Counted from the stretch's first letter, positions 16,996-30,334 are shown. The stretch is DNA of 33,201 bases from Kiritimatiellia bacterium (GCA_044359285.1 JBIKMI010000002.1:1-33201), one strand, 5' to 3'. Program-made: numbers and translations. The notes: generated by a model not told the origin, from the sequence alone.

Positions 16996-19131
16996 TCACC
17001 GTTCCAGAAGTTGCTTTTGTATCGCCTCCGGCACCACATCAAAACAGGCCGGCTCCATTGTGTAACTCGCACGCCCCCGGGTTAATGACCGGATCGCAGT
17101 AGAGTAACCGAAAAGTTCCGCCAGCGGAACCCGCGCATGGATCACCTGCACAGTTTCTTTCCCAACCATATTCTGAACATGGCCGCGCCTGGCGCTCACA
17201 TCGTTCAGCACATCACCCAGATGCTCCGCTGGAACTAAAATTTCCAGAGACATGATCGGCTCTAGAATTGCCGGCTTGGCGATTTTAACCGCCTCCCGCA
17301 ATGCCATGACTCCCGCTGTCCGGAACGCCACCTCCGTGGATTCCTGATCGCGAAAATCTCCGCCCACCACCCGCACCTTTACATCCACCAACGAATAGTT
17401 GGCCAGGACACCTGTTGTCAGCCCGTCACGAATCCCCTCTTCAACACTAGCCCTGAAGTCCGAAGGGATCCGGTTCTGAGACACTTCAAATTCAATCTCG
17501 ATGCCCGCGCCGCGTGCGGCCGGTTCAACATCAAGCACCACTTCACCAAACTGGCGCTGCCCGCCGATGTCACGATCAAACTGGTGCACCCCATGTCCCC
17601 GGGCAGTAATGGTCTCCCGATAAGAGACCATCGGACGTCCGGCATTGGCCTGGACTTTATATTCCCGGAACATGCGATCCTTCAAAATCTCGAGATGCAA
17701 CTCACCCATCCCGCTCAGCAGGGTTTGCCCCGAATCAGGGTCTTTTGTCACCACACACGTCGGATCTTCAGCCGCCAGCGCACTCAAGGCATCATTCAGC
17801 TTGTCCCGGTCCGCCTGTGATTTTGGCTCGATGGCCATCGAAATGACCGGCTCAGGGAACCGGATGCGCTCAAGCTCAACCGGCGCATTCTCGACACACA
17901 GCGTATCCCCGGTCGTCACATTCTTCAGGCCGATAATCGCACCGATCTCGCCCGCATGTATGACGTCCACATCTTTCCGGTCATCCGCATGCAGAAACAC
18001 CAGCTTCATCACCCGTTCCCGCTTCTTCGTGCGGGGGTTGAATACATTCTGCCCCTGCTTGATCTGTCCGGAATAAACGCGGACAAACGCCATGCGACCC
18101 ATGTAGGGGTCACTCATCAACTTGAAAACCAACGCACTCTGGGGCTCAAAATCATCCGCTTCACGCGTCAGCACCTCACGCGTTTTGGGATGCTCCCCTT
18201 GTATCGCAGGAACGTCCAGCGGGGACGGAAGAAAGTCAACGACGGCATCCAGCAAATGCTGAACACCTTTATTACGCAATGAAGACCCGCATAACACAGG
18301 AGTGATCTTCCGCGCCAACGTGGCGCGTCGCAAACCAGCCTTCATGATGGCGGGAGGAACATCCGGACACTCCAGATAGGACTCAAACACCTGTTCGTCA
18401 TGCTCTGAAAGAACCTCAATCAGGGTCGCACGGGCCCGCTCCGCCTCTACCGCCAGATCCGAGGGGATGGGCAAATAGGTCAGCGTAGAACCGAATGTGG
18501 TGTCATCAAACGAAACAGTCTGCATAGTAACCAGATCTACCAGACCCTTGAAATGATCTTCTTTCCCCCAGGGGATCTGAACCGGCACAGGCAGGGCTCC
18601 AAGCCGGCTGCGAATCTGACCGACCACCTCATCAAAATCTGCGCCCACGCGATCCATTTTATTAATGAAAGCGATACGGGGAACGTGATAGCGATCAGCC
18701 TGATGCCAAACAGTTTCCGACTGAGGCTGGACCCCGCCGACGCCGCAAAACACCACCACCGCGCCATCCAACACGCGCAATGACCTCTCGACCTCAACCG
18801 TAAAGTCAACATGTCCGGGAGTGTCGATCAGATTGATTTGATGGTCGCGCCAAAAACACATGGTCGCGGCACTGGTGATCGTAATCCCCCGCTCTTTCTC
18901 TTGAGGCATCCAATCCATCACAGCCGTCCCGTCGTGCACTTCCCCCATGCGATGCACGCGGCCGGCATAAAACAGAATCCGCTCGCTCGTCGTGGTCTTA
19001 CCCGCATCAATGTGGGCAATGACCCCGATATTACGGACGTCAGAAAGCGGCCGGAGGCGATCCGCCGCTTCACGCGAGCGAGGCTCCCCTGTTGATCCAC
19101 TTTTTTTATTCTGTTCCAAAACGGTTTCCAT
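16996..19131 (-). CDS. fusA: Elongation factor G.
   Basis: It contains [42 protein letters not shown] and [10 protein letters not shown]. The ORF-track start at 19143 is a TTG, so I prefer the ATG at 19131 (METVLEQ..., 711 aa). About 30 residues precede the G domain. Confidence 0.95.
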   Translation of the reverse strand: METVLEQNKKSGSTGEPRSREAADRLRPLSDVRNIGVIAHIDAGKTTTSERILFYAGRVHRMGEVHDGTAVMDWMPQEKERGITITSAATMCFWRDHQINLIDTPGHVDFTVEVERSLRVLDGAVVVFCGVGGVQPQSETVWHQADRYHVPRIAFINKMDRVGADFDEVVGQIRSRLGALPVPVQIPWGKEDHFKGLVDLVTMQTVSFDDTTFGSTLTYLPIPSDLAVEAERARATLIEVLSEHDEQVFESYLECPDVPPAIMKAGLRRATLARKITPVLCGSSLRNKGVQHLLDAVVDFLPSPLDVPAIQGEHPKTREVLTREADDFEPQSALVFKLMSDPYMGRMAFVRVYSGQIKQGQNVFNPRTKKRERVMKLVFLHADDRKDVDVIHAGEIGAIIGLKNVTTGDTLCVENAPVELERIRFPEPVISMAIEPKSQADRDKLNDALSALAAEDPTCVVTKDPDSGQTLLSGMGELHLEILKDRMFREYKVQANAGRPMVSYRETITARGHGVHQFDRDIGGQRQFGEVVLDVEPAARGAGIEIEFEVSQNRIPSDFRASVEEGIRDGLTTGVLANYSLVDVKVRVVGGDFRDQESTEVAFRTAGVMALREAVKIAKPAILEPIMSLEILVPAEHLGDVLNDVSARRGHVQNMVGKETVQVIHARVPLAELFGYSTAIRSLTRGRASYTMEPACFDVVPEAIQKQLLER

Positions 19132-19140
19132 TGTGGTCTG

Positions 19141-19178
19141 CAAACAAACAAGTCCCGTCGCCCGATAAGACGACGGGA
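19141..19178 (-). other. Intergenic stem-loop followed by a U-rich tract between rpsG and fusA. It may be an attenuator or an RNA-stability element.
   Basis: A perfect 8-bp stem forms between UCCCGUCG (19171-19178 on the minus strand) and CGACGGGA (19153-19160), with a 10-nt loop. On the minus strand it is followed by CUUGUUUGUUUG, which runs into the fusA start. Confidence 0.35.
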
Positions 19179-19196
19179 ACTGTGATCATGTCATCA

Positions 19197-19670
19197 TTAC
19201 CATCGATAATGCGCAAACGCCTTATTAGCCTGAGCCATCTTATGCGTTTCGTCGCGTTTCTTGATCGCATTGCCCTGTTCGGCATATGCATCTAAAATTT
19301 CCTGCGCTAAAGCCCGGCGCATCGGAACACCCTTCCGCGTCTTGGCGTACTGCATAATCCAGCGCATGGCCAAGGCCCCCTGGCGATCAGGAGACACTTC
19401 GACAGGTACTTGATACGTCGCGCCACCCACACGGCGGGACTTGACTTCAACTTTCGGACTCACATTGCTGATAGCCCGAAGGATAATCTCCAAGGGATCG
19501 CCATCAGGATGTTTCTCCTGGATGACTTTCAAGGCATCATAAACAATATTAACCGAAACCGATTTTTTTCCCACCTTCATCAAGTGGTTGACAAGCCGGC
19601 CGACCAGCTCGCTGTTATACTTCGGATCCGGGTCAACCGTCCGCCGCACTGCTCTTCGTCTTCGTCCCAT
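19197..19670 (-). CDS. rpsG: 30S ribosomal protein S7.
   Basis: The sequence begins MGRRRRAVRRTVDPDPKYNSELVGRLVNHLMKVGKKS and ends ...AFAHYRW. Confidence 0.96.
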   Translation of the reverse strand: MGRRRRAVRRTVDPDPKYNSELVGRLVNHLMKVGKKSVSVNIVYDALKVIQEKHPDGDPLEIILRAISNVSPKVEVKSRRVGGATYQVPVEVSPDRQGALAMRWIMQYAKTRKGVPMRRALAQEILDAYAEQGNAIKKRDETHKMAQANKAFAHYRW

Positions 19671-19684
19671 AATCTTGCGCCGTC

Positions 19685-20062
19685 CTACGCTTTTTTCGGT
19701 GTTTTGACGCCATATTTCGAACGGCCCCTGTGCCGTCCATCAACGCCCAATGTGTCCAACGTTCCACGAACAATGTGGTACCTGACACCGGGCAAGTCCT
19801 TGACACGCCCGCCACGGACAAGCACAACACTATGCTCCTGCAAATTGTGCCCTTCGCCCGGGATATAAGCCGTTACTTCTTCGCCATTAGTTAGACGAAC
19901 ACGCGCTACTTTACGTAACGCCGAGTTCGGCTTCTTGGGCGTCTGCGTCTTCACTGAGAGACATACACCCCGGCGCTGAGGGCAATTCTTCAGCGCGGGC
20001 GATTTACTTTTGTACCGGACCTGTTTACGTCCGTATTTCACAAGTTGATTGATCGTTGGCAT
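19685..20062 (-). CDS. rpsL: 30S ribosomal protein S12.
   Basis: The sequence begins [14 protein letters not shown] and contains ...[37 protein letters not shown]. Confidence 0.97.
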   Translation of the reverse strand: MPTINQLVKYGRKQVRYKSKSPALKNCPQRRGVCLSVKTQTPKKPNSALRKVARVRLTNGEEVTAYIPGEGHNLQEHSVVLVRGGRVKDLPGVRYHIVRGTLDTLGVDGRHRGRSKYGVKTPKKA

Positions 20063-20130
20063 AAATTTCGTTATCCCTTATTAACGCAAAGCGTGTAAAG
20101 ATGCCCGAAGCACCACGTTCCTGTCAAGCT

Positions 20131-23100
20131 TTATCCCAGCAGCTCTTTGGCCTTCTTTAACTCTTCGCTTTCCTGGCGCAGATCCTCTTCGGGAATCGGC
20201 TCAGCCAGAGGCACTAATTTGATATTCCGGAACATCGGGAAACCCGTCCCGCCCGGTATCAAATGCCCCATAATTACATTCTCCTTGAAACCATACAATG
20301 TGTCGATGCGTCCCAAAGTCGCGGCTTCCGTGAGCACCCGGGTGGTGTCCTGGAAGGAGGCTGCCGAAATAAAACTTTCGGTCTCCAGAGCGGCCTTGGT
20401 GATTCCCAACAGAGCCGGTGATGCTTCCGCCGCGCGCTTCCCTTCAGCCGATGCTTTCGCATTGACCTCCTGAAACGCTTGCTTTTCAACCTGCTCACCC
20501 CACAGAAAATCAGTGTCGCCGGCATCGGTAATCCTGACCTTGCGCAACATCTGCCGCACGATGATTTCAATGTGCTTGTCATTGATCTCAACGCCCTGCA
20601 GGCGGTACACCTCCTGGACCTGATTGACCAGATACTCCTGAAGCTCCTGCGGTCCGCAAATCTCGAGAATTTCCTGGGGAACAATGGGGCCCTCCGTCAA
20701 CTGTTGCCCCTTTTGCACATAGTCTCCCTTGTAGACCACAATATGCTTGCCCATCGGGATCAAATGCTGCTCCTCGTCGCTGGTGACCGAGTCGCGAATC
20801 AGCAAACAGCGCCGTCCACGCTGATTGGCACCGAAGTCAACAATCCCGTCGATTTTTGCGATTTCCGCCGCATCCTTCGGACGCCGAGCTTCAAACAATT
20901 CCGCCACACGAGGCAATCCACCTGTAATATCCTTTGTCTTCGACTCTTTGCGAGGCGTCTTGGCCAGGACCTCGCCGGCGGCAACTTTCTTGCCATCCTT
21001 GATCATAACGTGAGCGCCGGCGGGAATATTATAAATGGAAGCGGGATCATGATTGGCATGAGACACAACAATCTGCGGATGCAGATCTTCCTTATGCTCC
21101 AGCACCACTGTGCCCATCAGCCCCGTCGACTGATCGATATCTTTTTTGACAGTTACATTTTCGATAAAACCCTGGAAATGCACGGTGCCGGGCTTTTCGG
21201 CCAGAATCGGCACACTGTACGGATCCCACTCGATGAAGCTCTGCCCCTTTTTAACATGCCCCCCATCGGCCACGGCAATAAGCGCCCCGATCGCAATCGA
21301 GTGACGCTCCACTTCCCGACCGGTGTCATCAAATACACCGACCGAGCCATTCTTATTCAGGACGACAAAGCTTCCCTGATCATTCACGACCGTACGCATG
21401 TTCGTGTACTGGATCGTTCCATCATGCTTCGAAATCACATGTGGCTGTTTGAATACGGCACTAGCAGTACCCCCGATATGGAAGGTACGCATCGTCAACT
21501 GCGTACCCGGTTCACCGATCGACTGGGCGGCAATAATGCCCACGGCCGTACCGATTTCCACAGGACTGCCATTCGACAAATCCCTCCCATAACATTTCGC
21601 GCAGATACCGCGCTTAGATTCACAGGTCAGAACACTGCGGATACGAACCTTCTCAATATCCGCATTCATGATCACTTCCGCCACGACTTCATCAATCAGT
21701 CCCCCCGCAGGAACAATCACTACGCGAGTGACCGGATTGACAATATCATTCAGCGCGGTCCGCCCCTTGAGCCGATCCGCCAGTGACACCACGTTTTCGT
21801 CGCCCTCCCCGATCGCCTTGACTTCAATCCCGTTCAGGGTATTGCAATCCTGCTCAATGATTCTCACATCCTGGGCCACATCCACCAATTTACGTGTCAG
21901 ATACCCGGCGTCAGCCGTTTTGAGAGCGGTATCCGCCAAGCCCTTACGAGCACCGTGCGTACTGATGAAATACTCAAGCACGCTCAAACCCTCACGGAAG
22001 TTCGAAACAATGGGGCGCTCAATAATTTCACCTGACGGCTTGGCCATCAAGCCACGCATACCCGCCAACTGCCGGATCTGTTGACGACTACCACGCGCCT
22101 TCGAGTCCACCATCATGAAAATCGGATTAGCTTCATCACTATCCCCGTTTTCTTCGATGGCACGGTACATGGCGTTGGAAGTTTCTTCCGTAGCCTGGGT
22201 CCAGATATCAACAATCTTATTGTATCGCTCCCCGTCCGTAATGATACCGCGACGGTACTGACTCTCGACTTCAGCTACCGCCTTATGAGCCTTGGCAATG
22301 ATCTCTTCCTTTTCAGCCGGGATAATCATGTCAGACAAGCCGATGGAAATTCCGGCCAAGGTCGCATGCTCAAACCCGATGTTCTTCAGGCTATCCAGCA
22401 CCCGCACGGTCACCGCATTACCGCTCTGGCGGTAGCAGTGCCAGATCAATTTACCCAGGAATGATTTATCGCAGCAGCGATTCACAAACCCAAGGGTGTC
22501 AGGCAGGATTTCGTTGAAAAATACACGCCCGACGGTGGTCACCAACATCTTGGAATTGGTATCACCAAACACGGTTGTCCGTTTGAAGTCCGGGTTTTTG
22601 AAACGAATCCGGTGATGGATCTTCAAGGCGCCATCATCGTAGGCCAGCCGAACTTCACTGGCCTCCGAGAAAATGGGAAGGCGCTCCTGTGCCTGGGCCT
22701 TGCCCTCTTTTTTCCGGCGCACCTCTTTAATGCGATCCTTCTGCGCAGAGGAGGTCAGGTAATAAATCCCTAAAGCAATGTCCTGGGTGGGAGTCATTAC
22801 GGGACGCCCACTCGAGGGCGAGAAAACGTTATGAGGCGAGAGCATCAATAACCGGGACTCAATCTGAGCCTCGATGGAAAGCGGCACGTGGACCGCCATC
22901 TGATCGCCGTCAAAGTCCGCATTATACGCCGTACATACCAGCGGATGAACCTGAATCGCTTCTCCCTCTACCAGGGTAGGCTCAAACGACTGAATGCTCA
23001 AACGATGCAAGGTAGGCGCACGATTCAGCATGACGGTCTTGTCGTGAGTAATCTCCTCAAGAATCGCCCAGACCTCATCAGACTGCTTGTCAATCAGCTT

Positions 23101-24312
23101 TTTGGCGGAACGGACTGTATGCGCTACCCCCATTTCCTTCAAGCGCCGGATAATAAACGGCTCAAAAAGCACCAAGGCCATTTTCTTAGGCAATCCGCAC
23201 TGATGCAGCTTGAGTTCCGGGCCGACCACAATCACAGACCGCCCGGAATAATCCACACGTTTGCCCAGCAAATTCTGGCGGAACCGGCCCCCTTTGCCCT
23301 TCAGCATATCGCTCAAAGACTTGAGCGGGCGATTGCCGGCCCCCGTCACCGCACGCCCATGCCGGCCGTTATCGATCACCGCATCGACGGCTTCCTGCAA
23401 CATCCGCTTTTCGTTACGGATGATCACGTCAGGCGTCTTGAGTTGCAGCAGGTTTTTCAGCCGGTTATTCCGATTGATGACGCGCCGATACAAATCATTC
23501 AGGTCCGAAGTGGCAAAGCGCCCGCCCTCAAGCGGCACTAACGGGCGCAAGTCCGGAGGGATCACTGGCATCACTTCGAAAATCATCCATTCCGGGCGTG
23601 CATTACTGGTCAAAAAGCCCTCAAGCACTTTCATCCGCTTGGAAATCTTTTTGCGAATCTGCTTGCTGCGCGTGGTTTCCATCTGCGCATCGAGCTCGAC
23701 CATCGCCTTTTCGAGATCCAATTTCTTCATTAAATCACGGACAGCCTCGGCGCCAATCTTAGCAACGAACGTATCGCCGTATTTATCCTGAGCCTCACGG
23801 TATTCCATTTCGCTCAGCAGTTGCTTTTCCTGCAACGGCGTGTCGCCCGGCTCAATCACGACATAGTCTTCGTAATACAAAACCCGCTCCAGCGCACGCG
23901 CAGTCATGTCCAGGACCAGCCCAAGCCGGCTGGGGGTACACTTGAAAAACCAGATGTGGGAAACCGGCACGGCCAGATCAATATGACCCATCCGCTCGCG
24001 TCGCACCCTCGATTGGGTGATTTCAACACCGCACCGGTCACAAATCACACCCTTATGCTTGATGCGCTTATACTTTCCGCAACTGCATTCCCAATCCCGC
24101 GTCGGACCAAAAATACGCTCACAGAACAAACCGCCCTTTTCCGGCTTGTAGGTTCTGTAATTAATCGTCTCGGGATTTTTAACCTCACCATGGCTCCACG
24201 CCCGGATAGTGTCCGGAGAGGCCAGGGAAATATTCACGGAATCAAACCCCTCCATCAGGGGCACTCCAAGCCGCTCGCGGGCGGCAGAATTTGTCAAGGT
24301 ACGTTCCGACAT
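20131..24312 (-). CDS. rpoC: DNA-directed RNA polymerase subunit beta'.
   Basis: It contains the NADFDGD catalytic motif and zinc motifs (CSCGKYK...CDRCGVE). Between MRTFHIGG and [16 protein letters not shown] there is an insertion of about 175 aa in the trigger loop (SI3-like). The start was trimmed to the ATG at 24312 (MSERTLTN..., 1393 aa), because the ORF-track start at 24399 would overlap rpoB by 59 nt. Confidence 0.95.
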   Translation of the reverse strand: MSERTLTNSAARERLGVPLMEGFDSVNISLASPDTIRAWSHGEVKNPETINYRTYKPEKGGLFCERIFGPTRDWECSCGKYKRIKHKGVICDRCGVEITQSRVRRERMGHIDLAVPVSHIWFFKCTPSRLGLVLDMTARALERVLYYEDYVVIEPGDTPLQEKQLLSEMEYREAQDKYGDTFVAKIGAEAVRDLMKKLDLEKAMVELDAQMETTRSKQIRKKISKRMKVLEGFLTSNARPEWMIFEVMPVIPPDLRPLVPLEGGRFATSDLNDLYRRVINRNNRLKNLLQLKTPDVIIRNEKRMLQEAVDAVIDNGRHGRAVTGAGNRPLKSLSDMLKGKGGRFRQNLLGKRVDYSGRSVIVVGPELKLHQCGLPKKMALVLFEPFIIRRLKEMGVAHTVRSAKKLIDKQSDEVWAILEEITHDKTVMLNRAPTLHRLSIQSFEPTLVEGEAIQVHPLVCTAYNADFDGDQMAVHVPLSIEAQIESRLLMLSPHNVFSPSSGRPVMTPTQDIALGIYYLTSSAQKDRIKEVRRKKEGKAQAQERLPIFSEASEVRLAYDDGALKIHHRIRFKNPDFKRTTVFGDTNSKMLVTTVGRVFFNEILPDTLGFVNRCCDKSFLGKLIWHCYRQSGNAVTVRVLDSLKNIGFEHATLAGISIGLSDMIIPAEKEEIIAKAHKAVAEVESQYRRGIITDGERYNKIVDIWTQATEETSNAMYRAIEENGDSDEANPIFMMVDSKARGSRQQIRQLAGMRGLMAKPSGEIIERPIVSNFREGLSVLEYFISTHGARKGLADTALKTADAGYLTRKLVDVAQDVRIIEQDCNTLNGIEVKAIGEGDENVVSLADRLKGRTALNDIVNPVTRVVIVPAGGLIDEVVAEVIMNADIEKVRIRSVLTCESKRGICAKCYGRDLSNGSPVEIGTAVGIIAAQSIGEPGTQLTMRTFHIGGTASAVFKQPHVISKHDGTIQYTNMRTVVNDQGSFVVLNKNGSVGVFDDTGREVERHSIAIGALIAVADGGHVKKGQSFIEWDPYSVPILAEKPGTVHFQGFIENVTVKKDIDQSTGLMGTVVLEHKEDLHPQIVVSHANHDPASIYNIPAGAHVMIKDGKKVAAGEVLAKTPRKESKTKDITGGLPRVAELFEARRPKDAAEIAKIDGIVDFGANQRGRRCLLIRDSVTSDEEQHLIPMGKHIVVYKGDYVQKGQQLTEGPIVPQEILEICGPQELQEYLVNQVQEVYRLQGVEINDKHIEIIVRQMLRKVRITDAGDTDFLWGEQVEKQAFQEVNAKASAEGKRAAEASPALLGITKAALETESFISAASFQDTTRVLTEAATLGRIDTLYGFKENVIMGHLIPGGTGFPMFRNIKLVPLAEPIPEEDLRQESEELKKAKELLG

Positions 24313-24340
24313 AGGTGACTCAGCGTTACCGCCGCCTCCG

Positions 24341-27300
24341 TTAAACTCGTTTTTCTTTCGCTTCAGCCCGGACATCCAAACCAATAGCCCTGAGCTCATT
24401 GATCAAGACGTTGAACGACTCAGGGCGGTCCGCCTCAAGTACATTCTCACCTTTTACGATCGATTCGTAAATTCGTGTCCGCCCGGTGGTATCATCACTC
24501 TTGACGGTCAGCAATTCCTGCAGAGCATAAGCGGCCCCATAAGCTTCCAGCGCCCACACTTCCATTTCCCCGAGACGCTGGCCACCGTATTGCGCCTTAC
24601 CACCCAGCGGCTGCTGAGTCACAAGCGAATAGGGTCCCACGGCACGGGCATGAATCTTGTCGCTGACCAGATGGTGCAGCTTCAGCATGTAGATATAGCC
24701 TACAACGACACGCTGATCAAACGGCTCGCCCGTTCGCCCATCAAATAGCTGGGTCTTTCCGTCCGACGGAAGTTTCGCATCATCCATCAAATCATGAATA
24801 CGCTTCTCGGAAATACCATCAAAAACCGGCGTACTCGCATAAAGCCCGAGGATCTTGCAGGCCCACCCCAGATGGGTTTCCAGAACCTGCCCCACATTCA
24901 TACGGGAGGGCACACCCAGGGGATTCAATACGATATCCACCGGCGTTCCGTCCGGCAGGAAAGGCATATCCGCTTCCGGCAAAATCCTGGCGACGACACC
25001 CTTGTTACCATGCCGTCCAGCCATCTTGTCACCCACGGACAACTTCTTCTTGCTCGCGATATAAACGCGGACTTGCTTGATAATCCCCTGGTCAACCTCA
25101 TCCCCGCTCTCAAGCCGGTCAATGGCATTGACGAACTCATGCTCAAGCTCGACAAACTTCTGCTGATGCTCGGCAATAATTTCCTGAATTTTGATCTGGA
25201 TCGGACTGCTTTCGATCGCGATATGAGCGCTTTCATTGGCCAGCTTGCGAAGCAGCGTTTTGGTGATCTTGCGATTGGCAGGAATAATGATTTCGCCTGA
25301 ATCGATATTCACCACATCCAGCGGGATCTTTTCACCCAGAAGGATATTACTGAGCGCCTCAGTTAACTGATCAATCAGTTCCTGCTTCTTCCCGGCCTGC
25401 TCCTGCGTCACGTTCTTCGCCTGACGCTTGCGTTCCGTCGGCGTCATCTTCTCGCGGGCAATATCCTTATGAGCAGAGACCTTGACGTCCATCACGATAC
25501 CGTAGGTACCACTGGGAACGGTCAAGGAGGTGTCCCGCACATCGGCGGCCTTCTCGCCGAAAATAGCCCGGAGCAAGCGCTCTTCAGGAGCCAGTTCGGT
25601 CTCACTCTTCGGCGTGATCTTGCCGACAAGAATATCATCGGGCTTCACTTCCGCACCGATGCGGATGACGCCGTCAGGACCTAGATTGCGCAACGCCTCT
25701 TCCCCGACGTTGGGAATATCCCGCGTAATTTCCTCGGGCCCCAGCTTGGTATCACGGGCGCCCACTTCAAATTCCTGAATATGAACAGAGGTGAACACAT
25801 CGTCACGGACAACGCGTTCACTGATCAGAATCGCATCTTCGAAGTTATACCCGCACCAGGGCATAAATCCGACCAACACATTCCGCCCAATGGAAAGTTC
25901 ACCGTCACGCGTGGCAGGCCCATCCGCCAGGACATCTCCCATCCTGACCTTCTGCCCGACACGCACTACCGGCCGCTGATTGACACAGGTTCCGGCGTTA
26001 GAGCGCATGAACTTGTTCAAGACATATGTACGTTCCGCATCCTTTTTCTTGCCGGCCTTATCGCCCGTGACCACAATTTTATTCGCAGAAACGTACGTCA
26101 CCACACCCGCCTCTTCGGCTAATGCAAGAACACCCGAGTCACGGGCTATGCGATTTTCAAGCCCAGTCGCCACAAACGGGCGTTCGGTCTCCATCAGGGG
26201 AACCGCCTGCCGCATCATGTTCGAGCCCATCAAGGCCCGGTTGGCATCATCATGCTCCAAAAACGGAATCAATCCGGCCGCAACAGAGACGACCTGCTTG
26301 GGAGAGACATCCATGAAGTCGACCTTATCCTTTGGCACTTCAAGGAATTCACCCCTGTGTCGAACCGCAATCGCCTCACGGGACATCCGGCTCTTCGCAT
26401 CCAATGGCGTATTCGCCTGGGCAATGATGAATTTCTCCTCGCGATCAGCGCTGAGATATTCCACCTCATCGGAGACCGTCCCGTTGTTCACTTTGCGGTA
26501 AGGCGTCTCGATAAAGCCGTATTCATTGACTCTGGCGTAAATTCCCAAAGATGAAATCAGACCGATATTCGGACCTTCCGGCGTTTCAATCGGACAGATA
26601 CGCCCATAATGACTGCTATGAACGTCGCGGACTTCAAACCCGGCGCGCTCACGGCTCAACCCACCCGGACCCAAGGCGCTGAGGCGACGTTTATGAGCGA
26701 GTTCCGACAACGGGTTGGTCTGATCCATAAACTGGCTCAACTGGCTGCGCCCAAAGAAATCCTTGACCACGGCGGACAAGGTTTTTGGATTCACCAGACG
26801 CTGAGGCGTCAATGTCCCCGTATTGGGATCAAACAATGTCATGCGTTCACGAACCAGACGTTCCGCGCGGGCCAGACCCACACGGCACTGGTTTTCGATC
26901 AATTCCCCGATGGTTCGCAAACGACGGCTTCCCAGATGATCGATATCATCCACCATCCCCTGCCCATTCCGGATACTGATCAAATAACGGATGGCCGCGA
27001 TCAAGTCGCTGCCGTCCGGATTCAAGGTGCGCAGACGCTCCTCATCAGTGACAGTGATAAAGGCATCCTTTTCCTTGGCATCCTTGCGGGCCATGATTGC
27101 CTCAATCAGTCCGATGGCATCGTTGATTTCGCCATCCAATTTCTGATTGATCTTATAGCGTCCGACCCGTCCGAGATCATATCGTCGGACATCAAAGAAC
27201 AACCGCTTCAACAATTGGCGGGCGTTCGAGACCGTCGCAGGGTCCCCAGGACGTAACCGCAAGTAGATGTCCTTCAGGGCGTCATCCATCGAATGCGTCG

Positions 27301-28168
27301 GGTCTTCCTTGATGCTCTTCAGCATGATGCCGGCATCCCATGAAACGTCGACCACCTCGACATCCTTGAACCCGGCCGCCTTCATCTGGGCCAGGACGTT
27401 TTCAGACAAGGGTTCATAGCGCCGCGCTAGAACGGTCTGAGAGTCGACATCAATCACATCTTCGCGGAAGACCAGATTCACCAGTTTCTCGGCAGAACTG
27501 GATTCACTCATCTTCACCTTCCGGAACGTATAAAAGAGCGACAACAGATCGTCATCAGACCCGTAGCCCAACGCCCGCAAGAACGTCACCGCAAGGAACT
27601 TCCTGCGACGATGCCGTCGATCCATATAGATCCACAACAGGTCGGAGGCATCAAACTGCACTTCAACCCATGATCCGCGATCAGGAATGATGCGGAAAGA
27701 GTACAGCATATTGCCGCTAGAGTGAACAGACTGCTCGAAACAGATACCGGGAGAACGATGCAACTGGCTGACAATCACGCGCTCGGCCCCGTTAATCACG
27801 AACGCACCCTGCTTGGTCATAAGCGGGATTTCGCCCATATAAACGGTCTCTTCGCGAATTTCCTCGCCATCCTTCAACCGAAACGTCACATGTAACGTCC
27901 CGGCAAAAGTCTGCCCTTCGCGTAGCGTTTCGTAAGGGTCATCCTCGGGCAAGGTAAACTCATACTTCACGAAATCGAGTGCATAACGCCCATCATAGCT
28001 TTCAATGGGAAAGACTTCCTTGAATACCACCTGCAGCCCCATGGGCTTGCGGGCACCAGGAGCAATGTCAAGCTGAAGGAAATCCTTATATGACGCCGTC
28101 TGAATTTCAATCAGATTAGGCGGCTCGATTACCTCAACCAGTTTTCCAAAGTTCGTTCTCTCAACCAT
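24341..28168 (-). CDS. rpoB: DNA-directed RNA polymerase subunit beta.
   Basis: It contains [26 protein letters not shown] and [14 protein letters not shown]. The start was trimmed to the ATG at 28168 ([10 protein letters not shown]..., 1275 aa). The longer ORF-track N-terminus (MLRRAVVWPRCW...) does not look like protein. Confidence 0.95.
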   Translation of the reverse strand: MVERTNFGKLVEVIEPPNLIEIQTASYKDFLQLDIAPGARKPMGLQVVFKEVFPIESYDGRYALDFVKYEFTLPEDDPYETLREGQTFAGTLHVTFRLKDGEEIREETVYMGEIPLMTKQGAFVINGAERVIVSQLHRSPGICFEQSVHSSGNMLYSFRIIPDRGSWVEVQFDASDLLWIYMDRRHRRRKFLAVTFLRALGYGSDDDLLSLFYTFRKVKMSESSSAEKLVNLVFREDVIDVDSQTVLARRYEPLSENVLAQMKAAGFKDVEVVDVSWDAGIMLKSIKEDPTHSMDDALKDIYLRLRPGDPATVSNARQLLKRLFFDVRRYDLGRVGRYKINQKLDGEINDAIGLIEAIMARKDAKEKDAFITVTDEERLRTLNPDGSDLIAAIRYLISIRNGQGMVDDIDHLGSRRLRTIGELIENQCRVGLARAERLVRERMTLFDPNTGTLTPQRLVNPKTLSAVVKDFFGRSQLSQFMDQTNPLSELAHKRRLSALGPGGLSRERAGFEVRDVHSSHYGRICPIETPEGPNIGLISSLGIYARVNEYGFIETPYRKVNNGTVSDEVEYLSADREEKFIIAQANTPLDAKSRMSREAIAVRHRGEFLEVPKDKVDFMDVSPKQVVSVAAGLIPFLEHDDANRALMGSNMMRQAVPLMETERPFVATGLENRIARDSGVLALAEEAGVVTYVSANKIVVTGDKAGKKKDAERTYVLNKFMRSNAGTCVNQRPVVRVGQKVRMGDVLADGPATRDGELSIGRNVLVGFMPWCGYNFEDAILISERVVRDDVFTSVHIQEFEVGARDTKLGPEEITRDIPNVGEEALRNLGPDGVIRIGAEVKPDDILVGKITPKSETELAPEERLLRAIFGEKAADVRDTSLTVPSGTYGIVMDVKVSAHKDIAREKMTPTERKRQAKNVTQEQAGKKQELIDQLTEALSNILLGEKIPLDVVNIDSGEIIIPANRKITKTLLRKLANESAHIAIESSPIQIKIQEIIAEHQQKFVELEHEFVNAIDRLESGDEVDQGIIKQVRVYIASKKKLSVGDKMAGRHGNKGVVARILPEADMPFLPDGTPVDIVLNPLGVPSRMNVGQVLETHLGWACKILGLYASTPVFDGISEKRIHDLMDDAKLPSDGKTQLFDGRTGEPFDQRVVVGYIYMLKLHHLVSDKIHARAVGPYSLVTQQPLGGKAQYGGQRLGEMEVWALEAYGAAYALQELLTVKSDDTTGRTRIYESIVKGENVLEADRPESFNVLINELRAIGLDVRAEAKEKRV

Positions 28169-28254
28169 ATCCAGCACCTGTTGCACCGGGTTTCCAGCAC
28201 GCCAACACCGCGGCCATACGACCGCCCGCCGTAACACACCACCCAGAAATCAGG

Positions 28255-28650
28255 TTACTTGACTTCGACGGTCGCGCCAGCCTTCTCCAAGGCTTCCTTG
28301 ATCTTGGCTGCCTCGTCCTTGGAAATGCCCTCCTTGACGGTTTTCGGTGCGCCTTCGACCAGGTCCTTGGATTCCTTCAGGCCCAGCCCGGTAATGCCAC
28401 GGATTTCCTTGATGACGCCGATTTTGTTGCTACCGGCCGAGGCAAGGATAACATTGAATTCGGTCTTCTCAGCAACGGCCGCCGGAGCACCCGCAGGCGC
28501 TGCCGCCATCATTCCCATCGGGGCTGACGCCGTCACGCCCAAACGTTGTTCCAGACCCTTAACGAGCTGAGAAAGCTCCAGAACGGTCATGTTTTCAACA
28601 GCTTTGACAATCTCTTCCATTTTCGCATCTAACTTGATTTCTTCAGACAT
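28255..28650 (-). CDS. rplL: 50S ribosomal protein L7/L12.
   Basis: An Ala/Pro hinge ([17 protein letters not shown]) is followed by [28 protein letters not shown]. Confidence 0.96.
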   Translation of the reverse strand: MSEEIKLDAKMEEIVKAVENMTVLELSQLVKGLEQRLGVTASAPMGMMAAAPAGAPAAVAEKTEFNVILASAGSNKIGVIKEIRGITGLGLKESKDLVEGAPKTVKEGISKDEAAKIKEALEKAGATVEVK

Positions 28651-28686
28651 GGTATATCTCCCTTGCTAATCAACTACACATTAACG

Positions 28687-29205
28687 TCACTTCGTTGCGT
28701 TCTTTTTGTCTTCAACCGCCTTCAATACGTATACGATGGAGGACACCTTTTGCTTCAACACGCCAACCAGACGCGTAAGCGGAGCCGCCACAGTACCCAC
28801 CAACTGAGCCAACAGCACCTCGCGAGGCGGCAGATCAGCCAGGGCATCAATCTGAGAGGATGTCAAAATAACATTCCCCATGACCCCCGCCTTAACTACC
28901 GGCATTCCGCACGTCGTGCTGAACAGCTTGATCGCCTTGGCCGCCTGCACCGGGTCCGAACCCGTCACGATAGCCGACTGGCCCTTCAGCGACACGTCCA
29001 GATCCTGCCATCCTTTGTCCTTCGTAATCAGGCGCAGGAACCGGTTCTTCACCACCTGCATGCGCGCGCCCGTTTTACCAAGCTTCCGCCGGAGGTCCGA
29101 GAACTGTTCCACCTTCATGCCACGGTATTCCGCAACAAAGACAAAGGTTGAATCGTTCACCTGGGAAGTTAATTCCCCTAGAATGGATTGTTTTTCTGGT
29201 CTCAT
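28687..29205 (-). CDS. rplJ: 50S ribosomal protein L10.
   Basis: The internal ATG at 29205 (MRPEKQSILGELTSQV..., 172 aa) lies 17 nt after the rplA stop. The ORF-track start at 29277 would overlap rplA. Confidence 0.92.
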   Translation of the reverse strand: MRPEKQSILGELTSQVNDSTFVFVAEYRGMKVEQFSDLRRKLGKTGARMQVVKNRFLRLITKDKGWQDLDVSLKGQSAIVTGSDPVQAAKAIKLFSTTCGMPVVKAGVMGNVILTSSQIDALADLPPREVLLAQLVGTVAAPLTRLVGVLKQKVSSIVYVLKAVEDKKNATK

Positions 29206-29222
29206 TGAACCCAACCTTTTCG

Positions 29223-29906
29223 TTACTCGCGCACGTCCACACGGAGGCCAACCCCCATCGTGGAACTGAGCGTACACCGTTTAATAAAAACACCCTTGGT
29301 TGCCGCCGGGCGTGCGGACGCCACCGCCACGATCACCGCATTGACATTGTCCTGAAGCTTGGAGGCCTCAAACGACAGCTTCCCGAAGGGGACCTGCACA
29401 TTGCCGTTGCGATCCATCCGATACTCCACACGACCCGCCTTGCTTTCACGGACCGCCGCTGCGGTATCATCCGAAACGGTTCCCGTCTTCGGGTTGGGCA
29501 TCAGGCCACGGGGACCCAATACCTTGCCCAGCTTGCGAACTTCCTTCATGGCCTCCGGCGTGGCAATGGCGATATCAAAATCCACCCAGCCACCCTTGAC
29601 CTTCTCAATCAGATCCTCGTTACCAACGAATTCGGCACCGGCTTCCCGGGCGGCATCTGCTGCGGCTCCTGCCGCAAACACGGCCACACGGACCGTCTTG
29701 CCGGTTCCATGCGGAAGCGCTACAGTGCCCCGGACGGTCTGATCCGTCTTCTTGGTGTCAACACCAAGCCGAATCGCAAGTTCGGCGGTTTCATCAAATT
29801 TGGCAATTTTATTTGCCTTCAGAAAGTCGATTGCCTCGGACACGGAGTAAACCTTGTCTTCGGTCTTTTCGGCTACCTTACGATATTTTTTACCGTGCGT
29901 CGCCAT
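29223..29906 (-). CDS. rplA: 50S ribosomal protein L1.
   Basis: The sequence begins [14 protein letters not shown] and contains ...[34 protein letters not shown]. Confidence 0.96.
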   Translation of the reverse strand: MATHGKKYRKVAEKTEDKVYSVSEAIDFLKANKIAKFDETAELAIRLGVDTKKTDQTVRGTVALPHGTGKTVRVAVFAAGAAADAAREAGAEFVGNEDLIEKVKGGWVDFDIAIATPEAMKEVRKLGKVLGPRGLMPNPKTGTVSDDTAAAVRESKAGRVEYRMDRNGNVQVPFGKLSFEASKLQDNVNAVIVAVASARPAATKGVFIKRCTLSSTMGVGLRVDVRE

Positions 29907-29908
29907 GG

Positions 29909-30334
29909 CTAACGAATTACCTCGATTCCCATGCTGCGAGCCGTCCCCTCAATCATGCGGGCGGCGTGGTTTTCGTCTGTCGCATTCAGATCGTTCATCT
30001 TCTGGCGCGCAATTTCCAGCACCTGCTGGGGCGTCACCTTGCCAACTTTATCGCGGTTCGGCTGGGCTGATCCCTTGGCCAATCCCGCCGACCGCTTCAA
30101 CAAAGATGAGGCGGGCGGGCTCTTCGTGATAAACGTGAATGAGCGATCCTGGTACACGGTTATAATGACCGGGATCACCAAGCCCGCGCTATTCTGCGTG
30201 GCCGCGTTAAACTCTTTGCAAAACTGCATGATATTCACCCCGTGCTGGCCGAGTGCCGGCCCAACGGGGGGCGCCGGATTCGCCTGCCCGGCGGGAATCT
30301 GCAGCTTGATCTTTCCTGTTACTTTCTTTGCCAT
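29909..30334 (-). CDS. rplK: 50S ribosomal protein L11.
   Basis: The sequence begins [44 protein letters not shown]. Confidence 0.96.
   Translation of the reverse strand: MAKKVTGKIKLQIPAGQANPAPPVGPALGQHGVNIMQFCKEFNAATQNSAGLVIPVIITVYQDRSFTFITKSPPASSLLKRSAGLAKGSAQPNRDKVGKVTPQQVLEIARQKMNDLNATDENHAARMIEGTARSMGIEVIR

Noticed and set aside
20063-20130. A TTGACA hexamer and a short UUCGG-loop hairpin in the rpoC-rpsL spacer, as a candidate str promoter or rpoC terminator.
   Set aside because: There is no acceptable -10 at a 16-18 nt spacing from TTGACA. The hairpin has only 5 bp, one of them a G-U pair, and no U-tract.
20479-21786. A 435-aa ORF on the plus strand, along with other long plus-strand ORFs (1235-1942, 3924-4676, 6403-7113, 22888-23541, 26609-27256, 29148-29912, 31292-32482).
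   Set aside because: All are antisense shadows of highly conserved minus-strand genes (rpoC, rplQ, rpsK/rpsM, secY, rpoB, rplA, tuf). Their translations are Arg/His/Pro/Gln-rich low-complexity strings with no recognisable domains. Open antisense frames like these are expected in genes with biased codon usage.
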